A DNA stretch of 56,903 nt from Candidatus Poseidoniales archaeon (GTDB taxonomy: Archaea; Thermoplasmatota; Poseidoniia; Poseidoniales; Thalassarchaeaceae), in contig DUDF01000172.1 in NCBI GenBank assembly GCA_012959435.1, forward strand, positions 1-56,903, in the 5' to 3' direction. Both the position numbers and the translations under genes were made by a program. Positions 1 through 9,500 of this stretch are shown here, piece after piece. Each line of letters begins with the position of its first letter. Position 1 is the stretch's first letter. A model generated the notes under the pieces. That model had not been told where the DNA came from and searched no databases. It saw nothing but the letters and a program-made list of their open reading frames with translations.

Positions 1-1176
1 AACGAGACCGCTGATACTGAACCCCCATGGCAAGGATGCTCTGCAAGTCAGAAAGATACTGACAATGATGGAGTCTCGGATGCAATGGATCAATGCCCGG
101 GATACAATGACAGCATTGATGTTGATGCGGATGGCATTCCTGATGGATGTGATTCGCTGATTGATAATGATGGAGATGGAGTCAACAATACAGCTGACCT
201 CTGTCCAGGCCATGATGATAGCATTGATGTTGACCAAGATGGAGTTCCAGATGGGTGCGACAACATAGTCGATAGCGACTTTGATGGTGTTGCTGATGCT
301 GTAGATGAATGCATGGGTTACGATGACACAATTGATGTTGATCAAGATGGAATCGTCGATGGATGTGACACAATTATTGATTCAGATGGAGATGGCGTTG
401 CTGATTCATTTGAAGTATGCCCAGGGTATGATGACAATGTTGACATTGACGCCGATGGAAAACCAGATGGTTGTGATGATATCATTGATTCAGATAATGA
501 CGGAGTTTCCAACTCTAATGATACCTGTGAAGGACATGATGACAGCGTTGATTTAGATGGAGATGGAATTGCTGACGGATGTGATAATCTCATTGACTCT
601 GATGCTGATGGAGTAGCAGATGTTGATGACAAGTGTGCAGGACATGATGATAGTATTGACATTGATAATGACCAAATCGCTGATGGATGCGATACTCTTC
701 TTGATAACGATGCAGACGGGATTGCAAATGAAAATGACAATTGTGTAAGCACACCCGCAGGAACTGAAATAGACAGTACTGGGTGTGAAAAACCAGCGGC
801 TGGATTATCAGGTGGAATAATCAGTTCACCAATAGTGATAGGTGGAATTCTTGGTGTTGTGGGTGTTGTTGTCTTAGTAGCCGCTATTACAATCATGCGC
901 CGAGGAAAGGATGACGGCGATGATGGGGATGAATTACTATTTGACGAACCACGAAGTAACCTACAATTTAGTGGAGCAGGGATGCCAACTAGAAGTTCTC
1001 AGCCACTTAATTCCTACCCTACATCAGGTGCACCTACGGTAGCATCAACTCCACACCCATCACAGGTTGGAAAAATGCAGCAAGATGGATACGAGTATCT
1101 CGAACACCCCCCTAACTCAGGGACTTGGTGGCATAGGGATCAACAAACTAATCACTGGATGAAATACCAAGGTTGA
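1..1176 (+). CDS. Thrombospondin type-3 (Ca-binding) repeat surface protein with C-terminal membrane anchor, 5'-truncated
   Basis: Frame is open from base 1. Six ~36-aa units (CxGxDDxxDxDxDGxxDGCD...DxDxDG) are followed by a hydrophobic helix (IVIGGILGVVGVVVLVAAITIM), RRGK, an acidic linker and a GYEYLEHPPNSGTWW tail. Confidence 0.85.
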   Translation, partial: NETADTEPPWQGCSASQKDTDNDGVSDAMDQCPGYNDSIDVDADGIPDGCDSLIDNDGDGVNNTADLCPGHDDSIDVDQDGVPDGCDNIVDSDFDGVADAVDECMGYDDTIDVDQDGIVDGCDTIIDSDGDGVADSFEVCPGYDDNVDIDADGKPDGCDDIIDSDNDGVSNSNDTCEGHDDSVDLDGDGIADGCDNLIDSDADGVADVDDKCAGHDDSIDIDNDQIADGCDTLLDNDADGIANENDNCVSTPAGTEIDSTGCEKPAAGLSGGIISSPIVIGGILGVVGVVVLVAAITIMRRGKDDGDDGDELLFDEPRSNLQFSGAGMPTRSSQPLNSYPTSGAPTVASTPHPSQVGKMQQDGYEYLEHPPNSGTWWHRDQQTNHWMKYQG

Positions 1177-1271
1177 AAAAAAACTAATCAGCATAATTTG
1201 ACCCCCTTTAGGGGTCATACCCCTTTGCGCAAAGTTTTGAAGGTGACCCCACCTCTCAACAATTGGTCAAC

Positions 1272-2216
1272 ATGACTTCAGGAACAGGAATTCGATTAAA
1301 CGGCGCGCTAAGTATTCTTCTAGTAATGCTACTAGTTTTGGGCGGCATGGCATCTATGTCATCCCTTGAGATGAATGATACTGCCGCTGCCGGTGATAGC
1401 GGTAATGACGCTGCAAACAGCGACGAAAAGAAGGCCGGTTTAACTCTAGAAAAGAGTGAATCTGCTTGGTTAGAGCGCTGTAAAGAAATGAAGAGCAATA
1501 TGCCTGACCGAAATGACTGGGCCTGGGAAGTAGAAACCCCGCTAAGAGACCGTGATGCAGCTACAGGACGCCAAGCAAATAATGATGGAAACAATGAGTC
1601 AACTGACAATAATTCAGACAACACAGATGTTGATATTGACTGGCATCTACCTGGCAACATTGTAGTTTCTAGAACTGCATCTGGTGAGTATGTAATTCGA
1701 ATTGTTAGCGCAGATGGCACAGTTACTGAGGAAGTCCTAACTGAGGATGGATTCGCTGTGTTCCTTAGAAACCACGGCTGGGACACGACTGATGAGGTTG
1801 AACAGAACCAAACTGACATTGTTGAGCACGACCGGGTTAGAGAGGAAATGGCGGCGTTAGACCTTGAAATTCTTGAGGATGGAACAATCATCATCACTCG
1901 TACCCGCGGCGACTGGATTGAGTACGAGATTATTCGAACTAGTGAGGATGGCTCAACTACTGTGATTAAAGTTAATCCACGGGGTACCGAAGTAGTGCAC
2001 CCACAACCTCCACGTGAGCACCACCAAAGAGAAAACATGGGGGACCGTGACAGAGGCGAGGAAGGTTTTGCGCCTCTCTTTTCATTCGCTGGTGAAATGA
2101 ATGAGGATGTCATGGATCGATGCCGAGAACTCATGCAAAACGATAAGACAACAATAGATGTTGATGTTTTGCGAATTGGCCGACCACTTGCAGAGCGAGA
2201 TGCTCAACGCAATTAG
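1272..2216 (+). CDS. Hypothetical secreted/membrane-anchored acidic protein
   Basis: Long ORF with an N-terminal hydrophobic signal-like helix (LSILLVMLLVLGG); no recognisable domain. Confidence 0.7.
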   Translation: MTSGTGIRLNGALSILLVMLLVLGGMASMSSLEMNDTAAAGDSGNDAANSDEKKAGLTLEKSESAWLERCKEMKSNMPDRNDWAWEVETPLRDRDAATGRQANNDGNNESTDNNSDNTDVDIDWHLPGNIVVSRTASGEYVIRIVSADGTVTEEVLTEDGFAVFLRNHGWDTTDEVEQNQTDIVEHDRVREEMAALDLEILEDGTIIITRTRGDWIEYEIIRTSEDGSTTVIKVNPRGTEVVHPQPPREHHQRENMGDRDRGEEGFAPLFSFAGEMNEDVMDRCRELMQNDKTTIDVDVLRIGRPLAERDAQRN

Positions 2217-2322
2217 AGCGACTTTTGAATCGTAATCGGGTCATTTTTGATGCCCCTCGCATAGCGAAGCCTTTTGAGCCTTCTTTGAAAGACACGTTAC
2301 ATCGCAGGGGTATGGGACCGAC

Positions 2323-3066
2323 ATGATGAACATAACAGCCCGAACAGAAACCTTCAGAATGATAGTGGACATATTGTCAACTTTGGTGGAGGAGGCTCGC
2401 TTTAATTTTGAAGATGATAAACTCGTGGTGAGGGTCGTAGACCCTAGCCACGTAGCAATGATTCAGATGGAAGTTGACTCTGCGGCCTTTGAATCATATG
2501 AAGTAACAGAATCAGTTCTAGGATTGGAATTGTCAAAAATTTCCAAACTAGTACAACTTGCTGGCGCAGGTGATTTGATTGTTATCAACTACAATGACAG
2601 CGTTGGTAAAGTTGAATTTCAAGTTGGTGAAATTGAGCGAACTATTCGCCCACTTGACCGCCAAAATATGCAAGAGCCGAAAGTCCCTGAACTTGATACT
2701 GATATCTCAGTCAGCCTTTCTGGTGCTAAATTTGCCCGCGCTTTGAAGGCAGCAGATCAAGTTGGTGACTTAGTCACATTTTCAATTGACCAGACACGAT
2801 TCAGTGTCAATGTAACTGGTGAGTCAGATGCAGTTAATGTGAGTTATGACGCTGGAGAATTACAGGAATTAAATTGTGATAGCCCTGTCAAGAGTCAGTA
2901 CAGTTTGCAATATCTACTCCCATTAGCCAAGCGAATAGAATCAACTGTCGATAAAGTGACTGCTAGGTTTGGCGAAAACTATCCACTTCGTTTAGAATTT
3001 GAATTCGCTGATGGCGGTGCTAATGTTGTATATTTCCTAGCTCCTCGTGTCGAAGGCGATGCTTGA
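2323..3066 (+). CDS. pcn: DNA polymerase sliding clamp (PCNA)
   Basis: VDPSHVAM motif, 247 aa, C-terminal YPLRLEF...YFLAPRVE typical of archaeal PCNA. Confidence 0.97.
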   Translation: MMNITARTETFRMIVDILSTLVEEARFNFEDDKLVVRVVDPSHVAMIQMEVDSAAFESYEVTESVLGLELSKISKLVQLAGAGDLIVINYNDSVGKVEFQVGEIERTIRPLDRQNMQEPKVPELDTDISVSLSGAKFARALKAADQVGDLVTFSIDQTRFSVNVTGESDAVNVSYDAGELQELNCDSPVKSQYSLQYLLPLAKRIESTVDKVTARFGENYPLRLEFEFADGGANVVYFLAPRVEGDA

Positions 3067-3143
3067 GTAATTCATCCGGTATAATCTGCAACTACCAACG
3101 GTTAGCAGTGTAACTAAAGTCGGACATATCGCTAGAATCTCAA

Positions 3144-3214
3144 TGCGCTCGCCGGGATTTGAACCCGGGCGAAGAGGTTGGAAACCTCTGATGCTACCCC
3201 TACATCACGAACGC
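3144..3214 (-). tRNA. tRNA-Gly (anticodon TCC), CCA not encoded
   Basis: Reverse complement GCGTTCGTGATGTAGGGGTAGCATCAGAGGTTTCCAACCTCTTCGCCCGGGTTCAAATCCCGGCGAGCGCA folds into a cloverleaf. Anticodon stem AGAGG/CCTCT encloses loop TTTCCAA; T-loop is TTCAAAT. Confidence 0.96.
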
Positions 3215-3292
3215 GTAGCCCGCCGACCGACATCTTAGACTTAACCGCGTCTATGGGAGGCTTGATGTTTAGTAGCCCCCGCACCTCAAATT

Positions 3293-3511
3293 ATGAGAGG
3301 CCGAAACTGGGTTGGAGTCGCTTTCATCTTTCTATTTCTACCCGTGAATGTGCCATTATGGGATATTGTACTTCCAAAACTAGGCATCAATATAATGGCT
3401 GTTTTTATTGTCCCACTATTCTTTTTCCTCGGAATATTGCTCGTCTTCTATCCTAGTAGAGAAGATAGAATCTCCACCATCCCATCAAACCAAGCGAATG
3501 AGGAGGAGTGA
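3293..3511 (+). CDS. Small two-TM membrane protein
   Basis: 72 aa with two hydrophobic segments. Its stop codon overlaps the RBS region (GGAGGAGTGA) of the downstream MFS gene. Confidence 0.7.
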   Translation: MRGRNWVGVAFIFLFLPVNVPLWDIVLPKLGINIMAVFIVPLFFFLGILLVFYPSREDRISTIPSNQANEEE

Positions 3512-3513
3512 AA

Positions 3514-5841
3514 ATGAAGAAAATCATTGTTATCAGCCTCATTTTGATATTGTCAACCCTTGCCTTACCATTGGCTATTGCTCAGGAAGAGGTGCTTCCT
3601 CCTGATGTGGATTATGAACCGGAAATGCGGATGACTAGACTATTCGCATATAGTCAAGATACGCTATCTCCCGAACTCGTTGAGCGGGCCGAGATGTACA
3701 CTCACAATTTCCCCTTGGGTTTCGGTTCTTTTTCATCCGATGGTCCGACTCTTACCACTCCTAGTTTCGTTCGTGATGCTCCAATTGGAAGTGAAGATTG
3801 GAATTTCTCACTTTGGGCAAGTGGTAATGCCCAGGTTGATATTGACCTCTTCCTGTTCATTGATGGCACCGAATTAGACCAAATTAATAGTGGCGGGATT
3901 ACACTTTCTGAAGTAAAACAACGTATTGATTTCACGGGTGGGAATTTACCAGATAACATTTCAATTGACCAAACTCTTTCAATCCGCTGGACTGTCAATA
4001 GCGGCGCTACTCCATTAATAGAGAATAGTGATTGCACAATCCACTGGGGCTCAGCCGAAACTCCAACAAATCTAACAATCTCTGCAGGAATGTATCAAAT
4101 TGATGACCCTTACCTTGAGAATGAAGGTACCCCATTCAGGGGTGATGGAGAGAACTACTCACGCAGTGAATTAGTTTGGGCTGTTCAAGCACGTTGGGCT
4201 CTTGATGAAAACCAACTTGAAAAAGGAACCCTAGTATTACACGCTGATGACGGAGGAAATGAACTCATCATTGAACCGAATGGAGAGGGCATCAAGTCAG
4301 ACAGCGGAATCTACCGCTGGGAAATTGAAGAGTGGGAAGATGGAGTAATCCTCTCAGCCCATGTGATGTGGAATGATTCGTCAGGACTCCACGGAATGAC
4401 AAATCAAGTTATAGAAATGATGGACCCAAAGGGGCCGAGCATCCTATCTAGTGGGCTCAAAACCACATTGTTTTTCCTAACAATACCAGTTCTCATTGGA
4501 GTTGGATTTTGGCTCAAAGGACGATTTGAAACACTTGAGGAGAATGGAAAGGAGTTAGGGCATGGACCAGGTAAAGAAGGTGATTTAAAACGCCTGATTG
4601 TGGCTACTACATTTTTAATTGCTGGAATAAACAATGCACTGATACTCTACAGTTTCCACACACGAGAGTTGGGGGCGTCGGAGGATATCGTAATTCTCCA
4701 CCTTTGTTTACTTGCTTTTGCACTTGGGGCTTTTGGCCCTATTTGGGGTGCAATTGCTGATAAATGGGGCCATCGTAAGCAACTGATGGCATTTGCAATC
4801 ATTGGAGCAAGTTTACTGATGTTAACATTCCCGTTCCTGCCTCTTGAGGGTTATATCCTTGTCTCAGCTTTACAGGTTGCTCTATTCTCAGCCGTGCGCA
4901 TGGGAGTTGCAGTCGGAACAGAATGGTACCCTGAACAAAAGGGTGAGTTCCTTGGAGTGCTGTATGCATTCGCATCCTTTGCAGCAGCAATTGGTTCAAT
5001 GTTGTGCAGTAAATTGTATGTGACTCTATTACCCACTAGCACCACATTTGCGATGCTAGGTATAGTGGGGGTATCAGTTCCCGCCTTACTATTTGGTGCG
5101 TGGATGATATTACAATTTGAAGGTGATGAATTCTCTTGGCCGGTATGGATGTTGAAAGGTGGTAAGAAACCTGATGTGGTTAAGTTAACAATTTCTGAAA
5201 AAATGTCAATGTTCAGAGGCATGCTTCGCTTTGAAAGTAAATGGGCACTTCTCTGTCTCTTAGGAGTAATCTTGGTTGCAATTCCACGTGGTGCTGTTGT
5301 TCTAACTGCCTTGCGTTACCTCGAAGTTGTTGGGTTTGATGTTGACTTCACTGGCTTGTTAGAAGCATGGGCTGTGATTGCTGTCCTAATTTTGTACGCG
5401 GTAATTGGAAAGGTGTGCGATGATCGTGGGCCCCAGACCGTTTTGCTTTGGTCAGCTGCCGCCTATGGTACTCTGTGGTCAATCTTCAGCATCGGCCTTC
5501 CGCCAATGATTGCTGTACTCATCTTTGTGGTCCCAATTTACCCGATGCTGTTGGTGTCAAATGATGCTTTGATGGCAAAATTCACGAACAATGAAGAGAG
5601 GAATCGTGGAATCGGTATGGCCAGCCTTGTTGCTTTCTTAGGCCAATCTATCGGCATACTGGCTGGATTCTTTGCACTTGGGTACCTTATTAGTTCAGGG
5701 AAAACTGACATTATTGCCTACGAAACTTTCTACCGAGCAAATGTGCCTCTTTGGATACTTGCAATTGGTTTCACGTTTTGGCTTGCAAAACGTATTGATG
5801 CCAGTGAGGAGGGTGTAATTGATGCAGAGATTAGCGAGTAA
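3514..5841 (+). CDS. MFS transporter fused to an N-terminal ~300-aa extracellular domain
   Basis: Signal peptide, soluble beta-rich region, then ~12-13 TM helices with MFS motif A twice (GAIADKWGHRK; GKVCDDRGPQ). RBS GGAGGAG. Confidence 0.85.
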   Translation: MKKIIVISLILILSTLALPLAIAQEEVLPPDVDYEPEMRMTRLFAYSQDTLSPELVERAEMYTHNFPLGFGSFSSDGPTLTTPSFVRDAPIGSEDWNFSLWASGNAQVDIDLFLFIDGTELDQINSGGITLSEVKQRIDFTGGNLPDNISIDQTLSIRWTVNSGATPLIENSDCTIHWGSAETPTNLTISAGMYQIDDPYLENEGTPFRGDGENYSRSELVWAVQARWALDENQLEKGTLVLHADDGGNELIIEPNGEGIKSDSGIYRWEIEEWEDGVILSAHVMWNDSSGLHGMTNQVIEMMDPKGPSILSSGLKTTLFFLTIPVLIGVGFWLKGRFETLEENGKELGHGPGKEGDLKRLIVATTFLIAGINNALILYSFHTRELGASEDIVILHLCLLAFALGAFGPIWGAIADKWGHRKQLMAFAIIGASLLMLTFPFLPLEGYILVSALQVALFSAVRMGVAVGTEWYPEQKGEFLGVLYAFASFAAAIGSMLCSKLYVTLLPTSTTFAMLGIVGVSVPALLFGAWMILQFEGDEFSWPVWMLKGGKKPDVVKLTISEKMSMFRGMLRFESKWALLCLLGVILVAIPRGAVVLTALRYLEVVGFDVDFTGLLEAWAVIAVLILYAVIGKVCDDRGPQTVLLWSAAAYGTLWSIFSIGLPPMIAVLIFVVPIYPMLLVSNDALMAKFTNNEERNRGIGMASLVAFLGQSIGILAGFFALGYLISSGKTDIIAYETFYRANVPLWILAIGFTFWLAKRIDASEEGVIDAEISE

Positions 5842-5846
5842 CACTA

Positions 5847-6566
5847 CTACGCTGTATCTGTGATATGGGCTAGAGCCACATTGGTCACCTGACCTGAAAG
5901 AAGTGGTTGCCAGGAATGTATACGATATAATTGAGAATTAATTGTGATTACTTCTTTGTCTAGCACCTCAAAAGATTGTGGTGCAAGACCCATCCCAAGA
6001 CCTGTGGCCTTCTGAATAGCTTCTTTTACAACCCAAACCAAATTGGTTAGTGTGCTTGCTGCACCGGGATTTTGGTCCCATGCTTCCTCAAGTTTAGTCA
6101 ATTCATCTCCTGATGCCATAAGTGGTAACAAATTGCGTTGCCGACCGGAATCAGGTTCAACATCGATTCCCACTGATAACTCAGTTGGAGCAATAATCGC
6201 AATGGCTAGTCCACCACTATGTGTGATAGAGATTGAAAGAGGTTGTGGGCCAATTAAAATTGGTCTCCGGTATTCATTCCTTTTAATTTGATAATCCTTG
6301 ACATCATATCCATTTTGTTGTAGGAGATGGGCGATAAGATACCGACCCGCCGCATGTTCTTCTGCACGTTTTGCAACTTTGAATGACTGAGCCTCAATCG
6401 CATCTACAAAATGGAGATGAGAAATATCTGGTATAGAATCTGATGGAGGGGGGTTGCGTGTCTTCATCCAAACCGCATGAAATTCGCCTTCAACGGTTTC
6501 TGGAAGATTCAACAAAAGAGGGGTTGAAGCCGGTTCCCACATCCCATTCACCAATTGGAAATTCAA
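5847..6566 (-). CDS. 4'-phosphopantetheinyl transferase, Sfp/EntD type
   Basis: Motifs HAAGRYL, YRRP, SISITHS, VGIDVE and WVVKEAIQKATGLG; starts 4 nt after the PKS stop. Confidence 0.92.
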   Translation of the reverse strand: MNFQLVNGMWEPASTPLLLNLPETVEGEFHAVWMKTRNPPPSDSIPDISHLHFVDAIEAQSFKVAKRAEEHAAGRYLIAHLLQQNGYDVKDYQIKRNEYRRPILIGPQPLSISITHSGGLAIAIIAPTELSVGIDVEPDSGRQRNLLPLMASGDELTKLEEAWDQNPGAASTLTNLVWVVKEAIQKATGLGMGLAPQSFEVLDKEVITINSQLYRIHSWQPLLSGQVTNVALAHITDTA

Positions 6567-6570
6567 TTTT

Positions 6571-9500
6571 TCAATTGCGATTCAACGAAAAGGAATCGCT
6601 TTCTGAAATAGGTGCCATGCCCTTCAATCGCAACCCTTTCATAGAAACAACTGGTTTGCCATCCTGGTTCACAACCAAGCAATCGTGAACGGTGACTCCG
6701 TCATCTTCTGCACCTCTCCTCAAAGCGCGCATTCTTAGTGAATCTGTCTTTTCAGGAGTTCTAATCAACTCAAGCATCTCAATTCCTACAGGTAAAGATT
6801 GCAAACCGTCAATTTCCATTGCCACCATTCCAGCGTTCTGGAAACATGCTTCAATCAACATAGGTTGGGATTCTAATGTGACTTCTTCAGAAGAGAATTG
6901 ATTTGTATTTGGTAACTGATGACGTGATAATGCAATGCCGTCCGCACCAAACATCTCATCGATACTACATCCACTCAATATCCCACCATGTGATTGGAAT
7001 CTAGGCCCATGGAAGAATCGCTGGTACACGAAATCTGATCCAAGAACAACACCACCTCTTGAAGGAGTCCCAATTGATGGTAACTTCAACAACCCTCTGC
7101 CAGCATCTTTCTTTAGCATCCTAACTAAACATCTGTGATGTATTCTTGGCTCTCCAAATATCTCTCCAGATTTGTTAATCAAATCTGATTCTAATCTGCA
7201 TTTAACCCACACATTTTCTGAGTTTTGATGTGAGAATTCGGAAACTACTCTCAACTTTTGCTCGGGCTTTAGTAATTTGATTGGCAAACCAAACCTCACC
7301 CCTGCAAATCCTATTACTGAGCATGGAGGCCACAACAATTGTGCACCTTGTGAAAACATTTCAAGAGCCATCACCCCAGGATGATATGGGACATCATCGA
7401 TAGCATGGTCTTCTAAGAATGGGTAACTATTGACATCTATTGTACACTCGTATGATAGTGAGTCGAATGGTTGGTGGGCCACAACTTTGTCTACAAACGG
7501 GAAGCGCTTGGCGTCAGCTAACAACTCTGAAACATCATGTGGTAATCGTTGTGGAGGCTCTCGGTCAGAACCATCATCATTCAGAACTCCAAGACTTCCT
7601 GCAAGGACGACTCTGCGTTTACCGCCTCTCATCACTTCATCAACGAACAGGGAAACTCCCTTCTCAACTGATACGGTCTCAATTCCTGCTTCCTCGAACA
7701 CCCTTTCAATCGAGCCACGGGTTGCCATCCCAACATCTTGCCAACCAGTCCACGCCAAAGCAACAGCGTGAGGTTCTGAATCAGTGTGTGCAAGGCGTGA
7801 CATTTCAGCATCAAGAATACAATTTGCTGCGGCATAATCAACTTGCCCTCCATTGCCAAATCGGCCTGCAATTGATGTAAAAGCACAACAATATCGTAAT
7901 TCTGAGCTATGGTCTTTAACGGCATTAACTAGAGACTGCCAGCCATCAACTTTGACAGACATTACATTGTTGAAGGTATCCCAATCTTTGTCAGCAACCA
8001 TCTTTGAATCTTCAATACCAGCCCCGTGAATTATTCCCGTTATTGGTGAACGCCTCTTCTTCAACTTCTTGATAACCTTTCTAACCTGTTTACTAACTGT
8101 TACATTACAAGCATGATAGGTCGCAGTATTGCCACTTTCCTCTATATCTGAAAGTGTTTTATGAATGTCAATTGAACGCTTAATCTTTGACCATGCCTTT
8201 TCCCAATCAACGATTGTAACTTTGCCAGACTTTGAATCGCCTTGCATCTGGATTCTCAATTCCTTCTTCATTTGCAGTAATGTTTCTTCTGAGGCATCGG
8301 CTAAACTTGATAGAGAACCATCAAGTTTAGTTCGTCCAAGTAATGCAAAGTGGCAACCAATTCCTCGATTCGCTTGTGCTAGGCCAACGATACAGGCAGC
8401 AGTAACCCCTGAGCCGCCCCCAGATACAATGAACACATCATCTGATTTTAGTGACTGCGGCTCAGATTCGTGGGCTTCATCATAAATGCAAACCTGCCAT
8501 CTTCTCCCATCGCCATCAATCCCAAGTTCGCGCGGACCCATGCGCTCTATTTCGCTGAGTATTGTTGATGCCAATTTATCTGCGTCCACCAAGAGTTCAG
8601 GTGCAACATCAATTGCTCTAGCCCGAATGTTTGGCCTCTCTCTCCCAAACGATTTGACTATCCCATGTGCACCAGCACCTAGTGGATTGAATCGATATCC
8701 GCCATTTCCATGTCGGCCATCAAGTGCTGAAATTGAACAAACAATTCCGTCACTACGGTCCGCCAACTTTGCATCTATTTGTTGCAGCACCCCAAATAAA
8801 CCATGGCAAACCATCTGTGTTTGTTGTTGGCTAGTGACCTCGGCCCAAGCAATTCCCGCTAAAGTACAAGGAGCAGTGTGGATAACTCCTACAATATCCA
8901 AATCACTAATGATATCACCAAATTGAGATAGGTGATCTCGATTCCCAGGGTCTAATCTGATAATATCAATCTCACCATCTTTTTCAATTTTAATGTTTGA
9001 AGTGATGCTAGGGTCTAGCATCAACCTAACAGCTTCAGAACCGCTTGATTCAAGTTGCTGGCAGATAGCATTTCCAAGCCCCCAAGAATCATCAGTCACA
9101 ATGATGTATGAACCAGCCATATCAATTGGGTGGGACTCAGATTCATCAGCCTCCTCAACTTCAACTACCCAGCGACGAACTGTACTTTCAACAGAAATTT
9201 GTGGAGATGGTGGTTCAACTACCACTAACTCTGACTTGTCAGGGGCCACTTCTTTTTTCTCCGGTTCAGAATCCACTATCACAACATTATCTGCTGGCTC
9301 ACCCCCACGCATTGAAACAATATAGGATATCATATGAGCAAGAGTTGGGTAATCACGCAATTGGAATGACTCATCTACAGGTAAGGAAAATTGTTCACGG
9401 CAATCAGCCATTATTTCCGCTTGTTTGACTGTATCAATCCCCAATTCACCTTCTAAATCTTGATCCAACTCAAGGAAATCTTCTGGATAACCAGTGTGCC

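Noticed and set aside
85-790. Periodic ~108-nt repeats as a CRISPR array or DNA repeat element
   Set aside because: They are degenerate in-frame coding repeats (TSP3); there are no identical repeats with unique spacers and no cas genes.
1256-2134. 292-aa minus-strand ORF and the many other short antisense or alternate-frame ORFs in the track
   Set aside because: Ser-rich shadow frames lying opposite or inside well-supported genes.
3178-3456. 92-aa plus-strand ORF
   Set aside because: Overlaps tRNA-Gly and the better-supported 72-aa membrane ORF.
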